Source: Podarcis filfolensis
Taxonomy: Eukaryota
Assembly: GCA_964270895.1 (NCBI GenBank)
Contig: OZ185441.1
Length of the DNA: 64,000 bases
Strand: one strand, 5' to 3'
Shown here: piece by piece, positions 41,638 to 54,599 of the stretch
Layout: each line of letters opens with the position of its first letter
Numbering within the stretch: position 1 is the first letter of the stretch
Made by a program: the position numbers and the translations under genes
The notes under the pieces: generated by a model
The model's input: the letters and a program-made list of their open reading frames with translations, nothing else
What the model was told of the DNA's origin: nothing
Database searches by the model: none

Positions 41638-42569
41638 GTTTAGAAGAACAGCGTTCAGTTACGCTCAATAGAGATCCTTTTACATTCAGGCACTGTCCTT
41701 GCACAAACCCTGCATATTTCCTATGAGGCAATTTTAATTTGTTTTAGTATTTTAACTTTTGTAGGTTTTAAAGTATGGTTGTGATTTTATTGTTTCATCT
41801 CTTAGTAAACCTCTTGCTTGCAAAAATTTCAGGAAATAAATAATTGCCTATGACAAGGCTGTTTAATGTGCTTTCCTACCTAGTTCCTTAGAATCAGTAC
41901 TAAGAGTGGTTATATTTCAGGAGTCTATTTCTCATTCAGATCTTCTCTGCAAGTTCTGACATGTTTTTCTTCCATGAAGGAAAGACATCACACCTCAATT
42001 GCAGGTTTTTGCTCTCTATGATCAAAAAAGTAGCCTCTACAGTAAGTTCCAGCTTGGCCATGTAAGCTAGAAATTTTTTCCTACATTTTTTCCTTCCAGA
42101 GCTCAGCAATGGCCTGTCAGGATAATTATCTACTTCTATTCAATAACAAGCTCTGTCCTGGCACTTTAGCAAATATGATGTTATCAAAAATAACTGGACG
42201 ATTCATATCTATTATATCTGTACCTTTACATGCCACAGGTCCATGTGGATAGTCAAAGGCAGCAGATATTTAATCTCGGTGAAAGGTTTACAAACAGTCA
42301 GCCCCTATGCATTCACTTTATTTTCAAGTTTCTCTAATCTACATATAGACCCAAAAAGAGAGCACTAAAATAACACTACTAGTAACAGGTATTTCTGGTT
42401 GATGATTTGTGTGCTGATTAGGAGACAGACAGCTGATGTTAACACAGGAACCAACCTGTTAAATGCACCTGAAATTATGAGCCAAGTTCATACAAATGCT
42501 TAACTAAGCTATTTGCTCATGTGAAAAACAAAGAAGAGAATAGAGGTTTTTTTTAAAGGTTTGTTCTAC

Positions 42570-42659
42570 CTTTCTTAGTGCATATTTTGGATCATCAGGA
42601 AGTACCATTATTATCTTGCCATCAGGATACTCAGCCAAAATTCTCTCTTTTTTCCAGCC
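42570..42659 (-). CDS. ESCO1: ESCO1 coding exon 6/9
   Basis: tag|..|gtagaa; 90 nt; [30 protein letters not shown]. Confidence 0.95.
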
Positions 42660-45073
42660 CTAAAAAAGCACATAATAAATACTTGACTAAATAGACACTT
42701 TTACATTGCTTAACCCAATGATCGCAACTATTATTCCTTGTAGCACTATGCAAAATGATCTATATGTAAGAGGAATGGATTTCTGTTTGTACAACAGGAC
42801 TTCACTTTCCCCTACCGCAGCACTCAGCACACCCTTAAAATCTGCATCTTGTTTAGTAGGCAACAAACCCAATTGGGTTGTTGTTTAATTTATTCATATT
42901 AACACCATCAAAGTGTTTTAATACTTCAGAATTTTTCTCGTTTTTTCTGTGGTTGCCCCAAACAACTCTAAGACAAATTAGCTGAGAACCGGTACATCTA
43001 CTTGGTTATCAGAGCCAATACCCCAAACACCAAAGCAGAGCAACTATATGTGCAGGTGGATGCATTCTAGTCTCTAGTGAGCAGAAATGAGCAGATTTTA
43101 AAAACTGAGTTTCTTTAACAAACATCGTTACCTCCATAAATACAAAATATTACATTTTAACATCTTGGCATGCAAAAGACCTCCAGGAGGTTTTCCATGA
43201 ACTGAGTGGCATGCAATGGTTCAAATACGGAATCATTCATTTTGTAACTGGTCATAACGATCATAGTCACAAAAATGAGGCTATAAAAAGAATAACTACC
43301 TTCTAAGAACCTAAAGGGATAAGTTGCTATGCTGTGTGTATCTGAAGTTAAACATACTCAAAAATTAGGTAATTAAGTCTTCTTCAGATCCACACTGATG
43401 GTGATTAATGAGCAGTACCTGCATGGAAAAACAAAACAAAAAGCCACTTAAGTCTATTAAGATGGGACTTAGCCAGAAATTAGAGTTTATGTTGCTCAGA
43501 AAGGATGCAGAAAGTTATGGTATATTTCACCAGCCTAAGTGACGTATCTCTGAAACACAAAACACTTTGAAGGAGGGAGAAAGGGGAACTCCCTGGAAGA
43601 TATGCTGTCTTCTAAATTTCAGCATTACTTAAAAATAATAATCTGGAACTGTTGTTGTCAGTACTACATGCTCTTTTTTCAAACAAATAATAATAATAAT
43701 GTACTAAAGCAACTAACCACTGCTACCAGATGAAGATCCTTTTCAGCACTAGCAGTAAGAATTAATTTCATCAAGGTATTTAGATTTCTATTCCACCCTA
43801 TTCAAAAGGTAGGTTTCAATTTTAGAAACCCAGAAATATTAAAAGAAACTTCCTCAAAGTCTACTAATATGCATTCTCATCTCCATTTTTGGTTTTATTT
43901 CTCCCTTACTAATAGCGATACAGGGCATCACAAAATGAGGGTAGAATTTGTAAAAGATTAGACTATGGAATGCATCACATATTGGGCTATCTCCAAAGAC
44001 AGTTTGGGAACTGCAGTTAGTTCAAAATGTGGCTAGCTGTGACCAGGCATTATGAGCACAGAAGCCAGTGCTTTGCCAACTTCAGGGGCTATTGCTCCAT
44101 TTCTGGGTCACAAAACCTCCAACATGCACCCTTAATTTAGCTTTCAGTTTATATCAGTCATTAAAAAAACTAATTTAGTCCTGTACTTTCATACAATCAA
44201 AGAGTCTAGAAACAAGAGCCTTATTAGTAATATCAATGCTGTGATCATTTTGAAGGCAACCCTGGAGAGCAGAAGTTTAAAAAAAGCTAAAATGGCTTAA
44301 CTACCTTGTGTAGGCAACAAATACTGGCCCGATCGTTTTCAGATAGCCTCTTTTTTAACTATTAATGTTGTGATATATCTGTGGATGATTACTTCTTTTA
44401 AAAATTATATGACTGCGAGTTGTACAACTATAATGATATACAAAAGATTCTTATATCCCAAGCTAGATTTGAACCAAAGATTGAATTTGTGTCATATATA
44501 AATTAAGTAGCTTGGTGAATTCAGTTCAGTTGTCCTGGAGGTCTTATCAATGTCAATGTACGGAAGGTAACATGTATGATAAAGAAAACAAACTTCACTG
44601 ATTTTAATGGAAGTTACAGGGGCATACTATATTTAGACTAATAGCAGTTTTGTTTGGTGTGCAATTTTTGAAATTAAAAGTCAGACTACGCAAAGTTTAG
44701 CATTTTCTATTAGCCAAGTTACTTGAAAATATGGCCATACCTAATTTACACATATTTACAGTTTTATGCAAATAGAGAAACTACTGACTAGATTAGTCCA
44801 TTCTTGAGTGCTTAGTCATATACTGTAATACTGTACTGATGCGTAGGGAAAAATACCAGGGCCAGAAAAAAACACTTGAAAAGGTATGATGAATTTGCAT
44901 TGATACATTAATACTGACTAGCATTCAAAAACACATTTAAATGGATCTAACACTTTCCTACACCTTTTTAGGGTAATTGTTAAATAGTCTGTATCCAGCA
45001 GTAAATGCTGTTCTGGTTAATCCATAGCAAAAGCTCCAAAGCATACAATGTTATATGAAAGAAATGTTCTTAC

Positions 45074-45205
45074 CACATATTTTACAGCACTTATGAACTG
45101 GTTGTGGAAGAGTAGATGTTGAGTTTCATCCTCAGGATTTGAAGCACTATAGAGCATCCCACAAATGTTGCAGGAAATGGCTCCAAATCGCTTTTGTCCT
45201 GCATC
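45074..45205 (-). CDS. ESCO1: ESCO1 coding exon 5/9 (C2H2 zinc finger)
   Basis: tag|..|gtaaga; 132 nt; [44 protein letters not shown]. Confidence 0.96.
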
Positions 45206-45810
45206 CTATATTAAAAAGTAAATATAGTGCTCATTCAGGAGCAGTAATATGCACATTAAACAAAGTTTCTTAACACAATAGGCAGTTTACAAAAACATGA
45301 ACCCCTGCTGACTCCATGTTGCTCAAATTTACACTATTTTCCATTAGTATGAGGACAAGATTTTCTCAATCAAGTGATTTGTTTGAATTCTGTTTTTCAT
45401 ACACAAACCAGCAAAATGCTAATGTGAGAGAGAGTATGGAGGTGTGTTTCTATTTTGTTCACTCATGGAACAATACCTGTTAGTAATGATCTGGGCACCC
45501 AGAGTCAGTAGTACAAGGCACGATTTTCCTCTCTGTGACCAAACCCCCAAATTTGCACTTTACATTTCCTTATATAATTAAATAATAACCATCAACGTAT
45601 TTAGGAGGAATAAAAGTGGGTGCCATCCATGACATTGGTGGGTGGGTATTTGGTCAGTGGGTTGTAGCCAACGCTAGTCCTACGCAAAGTAGACTTAGGT
45701 TCATTAATTTCGATGGGTCTACTCTGTGTGAAACTTAGTTGGACACAATGTATTTTGATTAAAATTATGCACAAGAAGAACATAAAATACTTACAATGCA
45801 CAATACTTAC

Positions 45811-45925
45811 TATGATCAGCTGCTTATCGCTATCTTTTGCTACATCTTTTGGTTTTCGAATATGTTCTTCAGATGAAAGGAAACCACCACATTTTGATGC
45901 TAATGCAATCTTTGGCAAACATGTC
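45811..45925 (-). CDS. ESCO1: ESCO1 coding exon 4/9 (ends in the QLII half of the PIP box)
   Basis: aag|..|gtaagt; 115 nt, phase 2-0; TCLPKIALASKCGGFLSSEEHIRKPKDVAKDSDKQLII. Confidence 0.88.
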
Positions 45926-47131
45926 CTTTAAGTATAAAAATAGTTCAAATGAACAAAATGTTGCCTATTTCTCTATATATTTTAATATGAACTTAAATTC
46001 AGCTAAAAATGCAAATATGAAACCGAAGTAACTGGAACCTACTTTAATGCAAAAAAAAACTTTAATTGTTCAAAATTCTTTAGCTATGCTTTGTTGAAAA
46101 AATATGGTTCATATTAAAGAACAAGCAAAATCTACAAGTGCAAATCCTACACTCATTTGATAGACCAGGATTGTAAATAACCACTTGCTTGGCCAACTAA
46201 GAATTGCTTCCAGGTGACTACCCAACTGACCAACCCCATCATGATTCTCCCTTGAGCCTTACTGGCTTTCTAAAAGTTCAGTGAGAGAAGCCAGCCTGCT
46301 GGGTTTGGGAGGCTGCACTAGTGTCTGTTACTACCATGCTATGATTCACAGTGGGTTGTGCAAGCAGTACAACATTAATGGAGGTTGTTCTATGCAGCTT
46401 CCCATTTGTCCTCAAGGGTGGTGGAAAATGTAGCCTTAGGAAAAAAGACATGGACAAAGGGTGGGGTTGGGATGAAACTCAGGCAAGGAGGAATGATTTC
46501 TCTTCAATATGTCATTTGCATGGCAGACTATCAGAAATATCTATGGGAAATGGGGGGGCGGGCTTTCCTTACTATGAATGATGAAGAAGTATAGTGGAGC
46601 CTATTAGAGAGGGCACCGTTCAGCATGTCCTGCTTATCCTAACAATATGTTTGCATACAGTTATGAACATTTGAATTCTCAATAGCAATCTTTTAATTAT
46701 ATCATCACTCAGGACTTCAGTCAATACAAATTGCATACAACTCCCACAAGGAATAACTGCATTTATATTCAATAAGCTAACAAGCTAATTGGAAGCCATA
46801 ACTAAGTCTATAAAAGTTTAATACTTCAATAATAAAAAGATAGCAACCTCTAACATTTGAAACCTCTAATTACTTGATATACAGAATAGCGTATGGCAAG
46901 AACCAAGGCTTGCATAAGAAAAAGTATGGGGAGCAGCAATATTTGTTTCAGAGTCTTCATAGGAATGTCAGGGGGAAGTACTAGTTTTGGCAGAGCCTGA
47001 TCATACCAGGAGGAAAGAATACCCATGAATTTAGAGGACTGAAAATACAGGATCTGCAGCAACTTAAAAGTTTCTTTTTCCAAAACCAAGGGCAATACGA
47101 AAAGGAACGTACTCTTACATCAACAACTTCT

Positions 47132-47275
47132 GTCGGTAGAGCATGAGAATCTTAATCTCAGGGTTGTGGGTCCAAGACCCACGCTGGGCAAAAAGATTCC
47201 TGCATCGCAGGGGGTTGGACGAGATGACTCTTGTGATCCCCGGCAACTCAACTATTCTACAATTCTATGATTCTA
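47132..47275 (+). mobile_element. tRNA-Lys-derived SINE with CR1-like tail
   Basis: GTCGGTAGAGCATGAGAATCTTAATCTCAGGGTTGTGGG head remnant; ATTCTATGATTCTA tail. Confidence 0.75.
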
Positions 47276-47365
47276 TTTCACTAGTTGTGGTGAGAAGGGC
47301 TTAATACAAGCTTTAAAAGGTTCACTGCAGGAACAAAGGCAACAAGCAATACAATTAACTGATAC

Positions 47366-47432
47366 CTGCTCTCATTTGTCTCAGAGGTTTTATTTGTGAA
47401 CAGGGTCCGAACCAACTGCTTGGGAGCTGCAT
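47366..47432 (-). CDS. ESCO1: ESCO1 coding exon 3/9
   Basis: Strong pyrimidine tract, tag|..|gtatca; 67 nt, phase 1-2 bridges the neighbouring exons; (D)AAPKQLVRTLFTNKTSETNES(R). Confidence 0.8.
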
Positions 47433-48654
47433 CTATAAAGGAATAAATGTGTTACTTTACTTACATGAACACACATACATATATATATAATTTCCCATGT
47501 ATACCCAGTATTTGAGATTTTATCTGTTTGATGCCAGAGAATGACAGACATGCAGAAATAAAACACAAATATTAACCTGAAATAAATCGATTTTCTGTGT
47601 AACTTTGCCTTACAACATACAGTTTTATATTATTGAAGGTTTATATCTGGCCACTTTTGTAACCAAATGCAATTTTGGATTCAGAATAGTCAAACACAAT
47701 CCCTTGAACTGTACACTGAACACAATAGGAACCATTACAGCTGCTATATGTGGTCTGCATATGGAAAAAAATGGAAGAGGGCACAACTCAGTGGGAGAGA
47801 TTTCATGTAGAGGATGCCAAATTCAATCCCTGGCATTTCCAATCTTAAGAATCCCAGGCAACAAGACTAAGAAAGACCTAATCCGAAGCTTCACCAAGAT
47901 AGCTCCCATGAAAGTAGAGAACACTAAGCTAGTCAGAACTATTGTATGACTCAAACATTAAGGAACAACTGCCAACACAGTAGCACTTCTAATAATGATT
48001 CAAGACTTGCAGTATATAGCATGTAGCCAAAGAGCTTAGTACTTAGTATGTAGTACTAAGACCAGCATTATATTTAAGGTGATATACTAAGGTAAAAGCA
48101 GTAGTCTAGTCAGCAATGGCATAGTCTGAGGCGAACAAATTTTGAACATACCAGGGCGTCCATTCAAAGAAATGTGAACTTGGTAAATAAGAACAATGGG
48201 ATAAACTGCTGCATGTCATTATTTGGAAGGGTGGGCAACCCTTTCGTTCCCAAGGACATATAGCAGGGGATGCGCAGTTGGCAATCACATGCTAGTCAGC
48301 ATGGCCAAAGCCAGTGATGGTTAGGGCCTGGACTAGTGGTTGGTAGGGCCATTCACACATACATTCATATTTTCTCATGCACACAGCACATGATTGTGTT
48401 TAGGCTTGCTCTTCCACGTATAAATGGCTTAAGGTTTATTTGGTACGACACCAATCTCATTTTGCCTCCAAGCGAGTCATTATCACTTAGCTACACAGTT
48501 CTGAGCTCCTTTCTGGACTAGATGAACTCCACCTCTTTATTTTCAACAGCAACTGGGAGCCAAAAGGCCAGAGGGTCTTGCTGACCAAGAGGTCTCTCTC
48601 TGCAACACCCACTGTGGCCCTCCAGCTGCCCTGAAAATGTGAAGCCAACTGGAG

Positions 48655-48770
48655 CTTATTGGGTTGTTTTTATTTTATTACCTAATTTGTTTTTTTATAT
48701 TGTGATTTTATGCTGTAACAACCTTGAGACCTGCGGGTGTAGGGCAGTATAGAAATTTAATAAATAATAA
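48655..48770 (+). mobile_element. Short L2-type 3' tail
   Basis: ccttgagacctgcgggtgtagggcagtatagaaatttaataaataataat, like 13150-13203. Confidence 0.65.
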
Positions 48771-49224
48771 TCTGGTGTGCTACAGCTCTCCTTCCTAGTT
48801 GAGGCCAGATGCGCTGCTCCTTGCCATCTCTGCACCACCACCACAAAGTCACAGCTGCAGGCTCAAACAGTGCTTGGATCATGTTGATGGTCCAGCCTTA
48901 AAGATCTGGGGCACTTGCCTCCCTTGCAGGACATATAGAGCAATTTACATGGAAAGTTGCGTGTAATTCCTGCAAGGAGAGCCTGAGACCCATGAGCTGT
49001 GGTCTAGCTAGTCAGCTGCCATGATACTTTCAGCTTAGCCTGTCAAGGGCATAGTGCTGGAATGGATGATACACGGTGCCTTTTCCAATTCCTGTTTCTA
49101 CAGTTTTATGAACAAATCCGTCAAGCTTCCTGTAATACAACTTGTAATTCAGCTACTGATAATTCACACAAATAAGATGTTATAAAGTTGTGAAAATGTA
49201 TGGAACTTGTATTTTAAGATTCAC

Positions 49225-49336
49225 CTTGAGGTTTTATTTCTGCTCTTTCTTTTTTTACTTCCTTCACTGGTGACTGTGCTGTAATTATTTTCCTTGGCGT
49301 ACTTTCTGGACTTGAGTCCAAATGTAAATTGAAGCC
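49225..49336 (-). CDS. ESCO1: ESCO1 coding exon 2/9
   Basis: ttttctttag|..|gtgaat; 112 nt, phase 0-1; GFNLHLDSSPESTPRKIITAQSPVKEVKKERAEIKPQ; supported by splice sites and phase, weak protein similarity. Confidence 0.75.
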
Positions 49337-49991
49337 CTAAAGAAAATATTGAAACATAGCATTTTAGACAAACTATTCCACTGTCTTACCAAACCAGACT
49401 TAGAAAAACCCATATGAATTGACCATATTAGAAAAACCCATATGAATTGACTATATTAGCAATCAGACAATAGATCCAATACTGACAAAAAGAGTACAGC
49501 ATTTGGGAAACAACAATCATACACATTATTTATTCCTGTTTAATTTAGTAACTGAATTACACAAATTAGCTTTAAAAAGTCTAGTGGCAAAAATATTGCG
49601 GAGCACTTTTTGCACTTGGTGCTGCCCTGCACATTATTCTATTGACCACAGAAAGCAATTGTGCTGTGGTACACTGCAGAGATGCCTGGTTCTGCTGTTG
49701 AAGGGAAGCTTTGGAAAGCTTCTGTTGTACTGTAAAACAACAATGGATGTGCTAGAAGATTTTATGGGTAGCCAACCATGCACACCTGCTTAAATGGAAA
49801 TTGACCAGAATAGCTTTTTCACATGATTTAGAAAAAGTAGCAGTAATGGGATGAAATGACCCATTTAAAGCAGATTGCATCATGGTCTAGTAAAGTAACT
49901 GCACAAACCGCCTCACAAAACATTTCTAATCTGACGCTGAAATATAATAAATGTGTGCAATCATCATACAATAATATTAAAAACTGATTAC

Positions 49992-52022
49992 CTCATCTGG
50001 GGCTGGCTCAGGGCCATGGTGCTGGCTTAGGGTAGAGAGACCATTTTCTATAGCCACCCTATCTTTAGCCTGGATTCCTTTAGAGCAAGGTATATTTAAC
50101 TTCTGCTCATGTGCGGCGTTGCCATTGTCCTCTAATTGTACCTGTTTCCTTTGGGCTTCTGGAAGGTGCATTTCTACAACTGCTTCTTGTTGTTTCTCTG
50201 GAATATTGCACTTTAACAAACCAAGTGCTGGAGTACTTGAGGAATTTGAAGGACTTTGGTTCACGTGATTAACCTTTGCTAATTTAATTTTGGTCCATTT
50301 AGAGTTTTTGTTTGCAGTACTATGTCTGCCATTCACAGTGCATTTGACAGACATTCCTTTTTTGCTGGGGAAAAATCGCTTACACTGAGAGTTCCGATTA
50401 GTTTCCTCTTCAGTAGATACTGCAGTTTGAGGCAACTCCACTACAGTATCTCTCTCTTCCTCTTTTCCATATTCAGCATTAGGATGATCTCTTTTTACTT
50501 CCACAGTGTCTGACTCAATTTCACCTGCAATTTCCTCACATAGCTCAAGAATGCTAACCTTTTTTGACTTCATCACATCCTCTGGTTGATAAGCAGGTTT
50601 TTGACTCAAAGAGTCTGAAAAACCTCTCTTTGCTTTTATACTGATTTTTCCATTTCTGTGCACGGATTCCTTTTCTTTACTTATTACCCTGCATGTTGAT
50701 GTCACAGAGCAGGAAGTTGTGTTGACAGATCCATTATTAGATTCTTGAAGGCTACAGTCAGGATTATTTCTTGATTCTCTTACCTTCTCGTCAGATGTGG
50801 TCAAATCACGGATTTTAGAACCCACTTCATGTTTTTTCTGTTTCAGAGAATCAATTTTCTCAAAACTTGTTATTTCTATTTCTCCATTATTATATTCATC
50901 GCTTTTCATGATTTTTTGTTCCATTATTGGCTGGACAGAGTCCAGCTTTTCATTTTTAACACATGGAACCTGTTTTTTCATCTGGGTGCATTGCTTTCGA
51001 GTAGAAGCACGTCCTCCTTCAATTTTTCTGCTGCGCAAAGATATGGTAGGCACATTAGATGCTTGCTGCAATCTTGGTGATCTTCGAGTTTGATGCTCAT
51101 CATATGAAACAGCAGGTTGTGACTGAGGAACATCCTGCACAGTCTCCTTCCAAGACATATCTTTAGCTTTTGTGACATGCAACTGCTCTTCTGTATTTCT
51201 AACAGTACTTTTTTTAGAATTGGTATCTGTTGACCTTGTAGTTTTTTTCCCTTTGTCAGATTCACAAGCTTTTTTATCACTGAAAGTTTTAGTCCGCATC
51301 TGTTCAATGCTTTGAGAAGCTGATTTTTTTGCACAAGATTTTCTGGAATTCTGAACCTCAAAGCTAACCTTGTTACTTTTAAGGAATTTAGTGGCTTTAG
51401 TAGTTCTACCCTTTTTGGAATTTTCTACCCTCGATTTTGATTCAGAGGACAAGTTCTTATGAGTAGCTCTATTGTGCAATGCTGAACGTCTATTACACAG
51501 AGCTTCAGTAGAACACTTTTTAATATCTGCAGATGAATTCTTTTGCTTCTTGGTGTCACGAGAAGTCTTACTTTTGACAGCACTGGATTTTTCCTTCCCT
51601 GTAGAAGTGCGTTTGGAGGAGGTCTTTGTACAGCTCAGATGGTTACCATGGTTTATTTTGGAAGATTTTAGGGATGCTTTCGTAGAAGATAATTTTCCTA
51701 TAGGCTTTAGGGAAGTTTGTTTCACACATACTGCTTTACAACTTTTCTTCTTTAATTCATTTGAAGTCTGTCTGGAATACTTCTGTGCTCGTTTAGTTTG
51801 GGAGGATGGTTTAGAGGATCTGTTTATGGAGTTATTGACAGCTGTCCTGTTAGTTTTTGTAGAGACTTTGTGCATTTCTTTCTTCAACATAGTACTTTTA
51901 TTTGATTTAGCATGAAGCACTTTTTTTCCTTTGCTAGTTGATACTGATTTGCTATTCTTATCCAGTTTCTGCCGCTTAGCAGGGGGTTCTACCAGCACAG
52001 ATTTTCTTTTCTGTGCTGCCAT
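49992..52022 (-). CDS. ESCO1: ESCO1 first, large coding exon (677 codons; exon starts at 52024)
   Basis: ttgtctttttcag|AAATGGCA; open frame MAAQKRKS...GPEPAPDE|gtaatc; ESCO1 motifs RRSPRLQQ, SILELCEEIAGEIESD, RFFPS, KNSKWTKIKL. Confidence 0.92.
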
Positions 52023-52475
52023 TTCTGAAAAAGACAAGTATTAAGTCATTTATACAGTATTTCCAACTATTTCTGCAAAAAATAGAACTTAAATGCAAAG
52101 TTTAACATGATGACTTGGCTTACTCACAGGTACTGCTTTATAAATAAACTCTGTCTCAGCTGAAGAAATGTGCTGATCTGTGAAAAACACATTCCTTATA
52201 AATTTGCATCCAAGGAGAGCATTACATATCTCCTATAAACACAGAAACAACAAAATATTATTGGAAATGACAGTGTTTTACAGTTATCCCTCAGTCGTAT
52301 TTCATTACAGTAGTGAAACTTATTTCCAAGAACATGTGTTCAAATTTTCAACTAGTTTTCTAATTCTATGGGAAGCTGCAGATATTTTGTGAACCATATA
52401 TCAAATAAGCAAGAGTTTCAGGTAATAAATAATATACACATTTTATGCAAATTAAATAGGGCACAAAATTATTCC

Positions 52476-52594
52476 AGGGATGGTGAGCTGTTGTCCTTCC
52501 AGCTGTTGTTAAACTACAGTTCCAACATCCCTGACCCACTGGTCATGCTGGCTGAGGCTGATGGGAGTTGGAGATCACAGGTTCCTTTCCCCTG
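52476..52594. mobile_element. Older, decayed hAT-type MITE
   Basis: ccagctgttgttaaactacagttccaacatccctgacc...gctgatgggagttg resembles the other MITE cores. Confidence 0.55.
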
Positions 52595-52894
52595 CCTGAC
52601 TCAGCTTCAAGCTGCTCTGTATGTTGCACACTTGATTTGATTCTAATTATTCTAAAGTAAATGAAATTTTAACAGGATTTGTCTTGAAGAGCACAGCATC
52701 AACATTTAAGAATAAGCATTCCTTCTAACCATCTCAGACTCCTCCAGGCCTTATTCTACTTCAGATCCTAATAATGCCATTTTACCGTGCACAAGTTATT
52801 TTGAAATTTCTATTATTTTTGCCATTTCGCATGCTTTGGGGGGGGGAATACTGTGTGTTATCAAGTCTCCTTTTGAAACCTATGTTTTTCTTAC

Positions 52895-52975
52895 CACTGA
52901 TTGATCAGGAACAAATCTATAGACTCAAACTATTAGTGTCACCCTATTTAAGAGGAAAAATTGATAATTTGTCTC
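52895..52975 (-). other. ESCO1: Candidate ESCO1 non-coding 5'UTR exon (81 nt)
   Basis: cttacacag| acceptor and GTG|gtaaga donor; inferred from splice signals only. Confidence 0.5.
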
Positions 52976-53095
52976 CTGTGTAAGTTTCTCTTAATTACAA
53001 TAGCAAGAAATGAGAACAAGTACAAACTTCCTTAAACTTTTTTTTTTATTTAAAAAAAGGATGTGTGAGAGGTATGTGTACTACTGAGGGGAAAC

Positions 53096-53231
53096 CTAAT
53101 TGGTTATCTCTAATATCTTTAGAGCTACTTTAGCTATCTGGCAGCATGGTGGATCAAGATAGACAGATAACAATATGTATCTGGTTTTTTCTCATAGCAA
53201 GTATTTATTTGATAGTTGAAACAAATAGTTC
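53096..53231 (-). other. ESCO1: Candidate ESCO1 non-coding 5'UTR exon (about 136 nt)
   Basis: cacttacag| acceptor; weak AG|gtttcc donor, so the 3' boundary is uncertain. Confidence 0.35.
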
Positions 53232-53437
53232 CTGTAAGTGCACAGAGCAATGGCAAACAGGTATGTGCTGGGAGCAACAACAACAACATCAACAAGAAGT
53301 AATGTTTTCGTTGTGTAATAAAATCTGTAGCATATCTCAGATTGAACTGAAAAGTAAGTCACATAAAGCTTCCTTCTCAAGTCCTGGATCAAGCTATCTC
53401 TAGAGCATTAGCAATTCCAATATTGCTTATGGCTACA

Positions 53438-53791
53438 GGGACGTGGGTGGCGCTGTGGGTTAAACCACAGAGCCTAGGACTTGCCGATCAGAAGGTCGGC
53501 GGTTCGAATCCCCACGACGGGGTGAGCTCCCGTTGCTTGGTCCCTGCTCTTGCCAACCTAGCAGTTCAAAAGCACATCAAAGTGCAAGTAGATAAATAGG
53601 TACCACTCTGGCAGGAAGGTAAACAGCGTTTCCGTGCACTGCTCTGGTTTGCCAGAAGCGGCTTTGTCATGCTGGCCACATGACCCAGAAGCTGTATGCC
53701 GGCTCCCTCGGCCAATAAAGCGAGATGAGCGCCGCAACCCTCGAGTCAGCCACGACCAGACCTAATGGTCAGGGGTCCCTTTACCTTTACC
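53438..53791 (+). mobile_element. Full-length Sauria-type SINE
   Basis: GGGACGTGGGTGGCGCTGTGGGTTAAACC head, GGGGTCCCTTTACCTTTACC tail; highly similar to 57619-57977. Confidence 0.9.
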
Positions 53792-54000
53792 TGTTATCAC
53801 AAAAGCCCACACTACCCCAACTGTGAGACCACCTGACTTGTACCAAAGGCCAGGTTTTGTACACAAGGCCATAGATTTATGCCCATTATAAACATTTCCA
53901 TCATCAAGTGCCTCATACGGACATTATATTGTATCTTTCATACACACACTTTGATTTGTATTCAACACAGCCACCCCGCTTGTACAACGGAACTTCCCTC

Positions 54001-54133
54001 ACTCGGTAGAGCACGAGACACTTAATCACAGAGTTGTGCGTTTGAGTCCCATGTTGGGCAAAGAGAACCCTGCATTGCAGGGGGCTGGACTAGATGAACC
54101 TTGTGGTCCCTTTCAACTCTACAATTCTATGAT
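54001..54133 (+). mobile_element. tRNA-Lys-derived SINE with CR1-like tail
   Basis: CTCGGTAGAGCACGAGACACTTAATC head remnant; ACAATTCTATGATT tail. Confidence 0.75.
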
Positions 54134-54599
54134 TTCTCCCTCATCTCCCCACAAACCCTTAAAATCTGATCCAGAGGGATGGGTGGAGGGGGCTGCGAGA
54201 AGAGGAAGGCAAAATCTTGTTGTGTGAAGTAAGTGCCACTTACACAACATCGGATACTGTTTGTGGTCAGTTCAGGTGATATCCTGAACTCCTACAAAAT
54301 CTTGGGTTGTGCTGTCTTACGATGGTAGACCATAAAGAGGAGCTTGCCAAACCAGTTCCTTTATCAATGCAATGGGTACGAGTTAGCACATCCAAAGAAG
54401 TGGCTTTGTGCCACTTCCCTTCTCCCCCTCCCCTTCACCTGGCTAGTACCTAGCAGAACAATAGCCAGATTTGCCCGTGAGAGGGAGAGAAGCGGGGAGC
54501 TGGAGGGAGGCCATGTTACCTGCGAGCGAACCCCATTGAACTGAATGGGGCTCCCTCCTCAGTACGTAGTTAAAAGACTGCAGCCCAAGCCCATGTTGC

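Noticed and set aside
46850-47095. Hydrophobic 81-aa ORF in an ESCO1 intron, same strand
   Set aside because: TTG start, no convincing splice-site pair or homology; hydrophobicity follows from T-rich intron sequence
47132-47200. tRNA-Lys-like sequences (also at 54001 and, on minus strand, near 1690-1735)
   Set aside because: Truncated or mutated cloverleaf fused to a shared body and CR1-like tail in all three copies; these are SINE heads, not tRNA genes
49400-49455. 28-bp tandem duplication; similar micro-duplications at 1876-1905, 14072-14120 and 62355-62395
   Set aside because: Two to three adjacent copies without spacers; ordinary slippage events, not CRISPR-like or functional arrays
50322-51915. 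Plus-strand ORFs (up to 147 aa) and alternative-frame ORF 50978-51361 within the ESCO1 large exon
   Set aside because: Expected by-products of a biased K/S-rich coding exon; no independent splice or homology support
52023-52037. ORF-track start MSFSE of the 686-aa ORF
   Set aside because: Begins at a TTG inside the polypyrimidine tract; the acceptor is at 52025/52024 and the first ATG is at 52022
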